From IMG/VR virus record IMGVR_UViG_3300016480_000208: 55,414 nucleotides of DNA, one strand, 5' to 3'. The notes under the pieces are model-generated. The model was not told the origin of the DNA, did no database searches, and worked only from the letters and a program-made list of their open reading frames with translations. This document shows, in pieces, positions 53,395-55,414 of this stretch. The position numbers and the translations under genes are program-made. Within the stretch, counting starts at the first letter, position 1. The number at the start of each line of letters is the position of its first letter. This DNA is from a virus. Taxonomy: Duplodnaviria; Heunggongvirae; Uroviricota; Caudoviricetes; Demerecviridae.

Positions 53395-54260
53395 TGAGAA
53401 TAGATCGCATTGTAAGTTGAGCAACAGCTCTAAAATATTTTTTATCCACAGGTCACCAAGTTATCCACAATTTGCCCGCTCGCGCGCGCCGATTTGGGGA
53501 TAACTTTTCGATTTTCGTGCTGCTACGTGAAAAGATGCGAACTTATCCACAATTTGAAAAATTGGGTCACTCTCCGTTTGTGTAATTTTACCCCAAAATG
53601 CGCTGGCGCAATAGTTGGATGGGTGGCAATACCCTAGTGGCCCAAAGGGCCCAAAATGCGTTATAAAGCGTTCTAGAGCGTTATATTTGAAGCACGTCTG
53701 TAGCGTGCACAAAATTCAAGAAGTGTGCCAGAAAATAAATTTGACAAAAAATTTATTTTGTGATCTTAAAATTCTTGGCATGGAACTTGCTTAAATCTGG
53801 TATTGATAACCACTATCATTGTTGCTTTATACCGGAAAAAAGAAACAATGAGAATTTGTCGCATTTGAGAATGATTTTCATTCTTTTTTATTAAAAATTC
53901 ACATTTTTTGCATATTTATTTATGCAATAAAACTGCATAAATAGTATCTACAGCCCCATTTGGACTTATTCTTTTATTCACAACCAAATTGTGGATAACT
54001 TTCTAATTGTTAACGAAATGTTAATGGCATGAGTCTTGCATACGAAACGAGCGGATTTTGGAGCGTTTCTGTTAACAAAATTTTAACAGAAAAACCACTG
54101 TATAGGCATACAGGGTCAAAGGACTGTATAACTTATTAACAGGGCCAGGAAGGCTCCTAGATCGCGCTGTATTGAATAGTTGGAGGCTGCCCCTTACTAA
54201 AGGCAAGGGTAAATCTGTAGCGTATAGAGCCTGGCAGAGCCTGGATGAGAAACGTTATCA
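53395..54260. promoter_or_regulatory. Fur-box-like 7-1-7 sites
   Basis: 53395, 53804, 53849, 53866, 54246 (e.g. TGATAACcACTATCA, TGAGAAAcGTTATCA); another at 49956. Confidence 0.55.
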
Positions 54261-54985
54261 TTTGACTGCGCCGCGCGGTGGGAGTGACGTGCTACAAAAT
54301 ATGATCCATACCAGGCAGGAAAGCACAAGAAAATAAATTTAAATTATTTTGCAGAAAGGCCTTGACAAGCGCAGTTTTGACTGCGCCGCTTTGGGGTTTG
54401 TCTTTAGTCTTTAGTGTTTAGTCTTTGACTGCGCCGCGGCACGTCACTGGCGTGCTACAAAAAATGGTTGCGAGTCTGAAAGCCCTTTGGTACTATAATC
54501 TTGTGGTCGGGAAATCCCTCCCGACCTTTTCCTGGTGATAGAGGTGAGTTATGAAAAAAGTTTCCTTTGTTCAAGATGGTGCCATCGTCTCCGCTCCAGC
54601 TTCTTATGGTGTGGTAGACTTTTCCATCGGGGGCCAATTGGCTCGCAAGGAACTGCCCGAGGCTGATGGTCGCACTAGTCATGGGCTGGTGGCTATTAAT
54701 GATCTGCGAGATCGTATAGGTGAGTATATCAAAGACTATGCCAAGGAATCGTTGAGCCAGTACTGGGGGCGTATCGTGATTGGTTATTGACAAAATGCCC
54801 TAGCTGGTCTAGGGCATACCCGATCCACTGTAGCACGTCAAAGGCGTGCTACAGTTTTAGCCCTCCTACAGACCACCGACCTATAATACACCACCACCCC
54901 CATCACGCGCTTACAGCGCGATTCAGGGCCCTTCTAGGGCATACCGGATAATCCACTACCCGACCGACCCTGTATATCCATACAG
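54098..54985. promoter_or_regulatory. Two LexA (SOS) box matches
   Basis: CTGTATAGGCATACAG 54098-54113; CTGTATATCCATACAG 54970-54985. Confidence 0.65.
54551..54790 (+). CDS. Hypothetical pre-early protein (79 aa)
   Basis: GAGGTG RBS; TATAAT upstream; TGA stop. Confidence 0.7.
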   Translation: MKKVSFVQDGAIVSAPASYGVVDFSIGGQLARKELPEADGRTSHGLVAINDLRDRIGEYIKDYAKESLSQYWGRIVIGY

Positions 54986-55133
54986 TATGTATAACCTGTT
55001 ATTATCCTGTGGATAACTCCAAATAACTCTGTATACGCATTAAGCAAGTTTCATGCCATTCCTTAATTTTTTAACAAAAAGATGATTATGCTGCGGAGTA
55101 AATACGAATTATTATCATTCGTATTCGGTGGAC

Positions 55134-55365
55134 GTCTAGATGTTTAGATGGATAGACGTCTGGATGTTTAGACGTCTAGATGGATAGATGTTTAGACGGC
55201 TAGATGTTTAGATGGCTAGAAGTCTGGATGGCTAGATGGATAGAAGTCTAGATGGATAGAAGTCTAGATGGATGGATGGCTAGAAGTCCGGACATCTAGA
55301 TGGATGGACGTCTAGAAGTCCGGATGGCTAGAAGTCTAGATGGATGGACGTCTGGATGGCTAGCA
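55134..55365. repeat. 29 x 8-bp degenerate tandem array
   Basis: Units GTCTAGAT, GTTTAGAT, GGATAGAC, GGCTAGAA and similar, in an unbroken 8-nt register. Confidence 0.9.
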
Positions 55366-55414
55366 GGGTATCGACCCTGCGCCAGTAGAAAACCGACAAG
55401 TACTTTTTCGATGT

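Larger units (their letters stand above)
53442..55016. promoter_or_regulatory. Five perfect DnaA boxes (TTATCCACA)
   Basis: 53442, 53461, 53543 on +; 53990 and 55008 on -; near-match at 53974. Confidence 0.85.
53776..55058. promoter_or_regulatory. Three sigma54 -24/-12-like sites
   Basis: TGGCATGGAACTTGC 53776, TGGCATGAGTCTTGC 54025, TGGCATGAAACTTGC on the minus strand 55044-55058. Confidence 0.6.

Overview
About 55 kb of a T5-like (Demerecviridae-type) siphophage genome. In order it contains: (1) a tRNA and small-ORF early region (1-10.9 kb) with T5-type sigma70 promoters, 18 complete tRNAs, tRNA-like ncRNAs and a NadR-PnuC NAD-salvage pair; (2) the D11-D15/dUTPase recombination-repair block; (3) a minus-strand late module running from terminase and head to tail, fibres and a GH108 lysozyme; (4) an HNH-AP2 endonuclease; and (5) the pre-early terminal-repeat region (dmp, A1, A2) plus a long non-coding stretch. 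The main result is that nearly all recombination, structural and lysis genes are interrupted by in-frame TAG codons. Reading through them restores full-length T5-like proteins that end in TAA or TGA. At conserved motifs the TAG codons sit mostly where homologues have Ala, not Gln, for example the AP2 helix ED*AR*YDE*AKKYFGEF*VLNF, portal IRVP*NI*GSG and TerL YEEA*I / NSK*LFIST. This suggests an amber-to-alanine code, which to my knowledge has not been reported in phages. Pre-early and early genes are TAG-free. No CUA-anticodon tRNA is present in this window. T5 homologue comparisons are from memory and all counts are by hand; no searches were run. In translations, * marks TAG.
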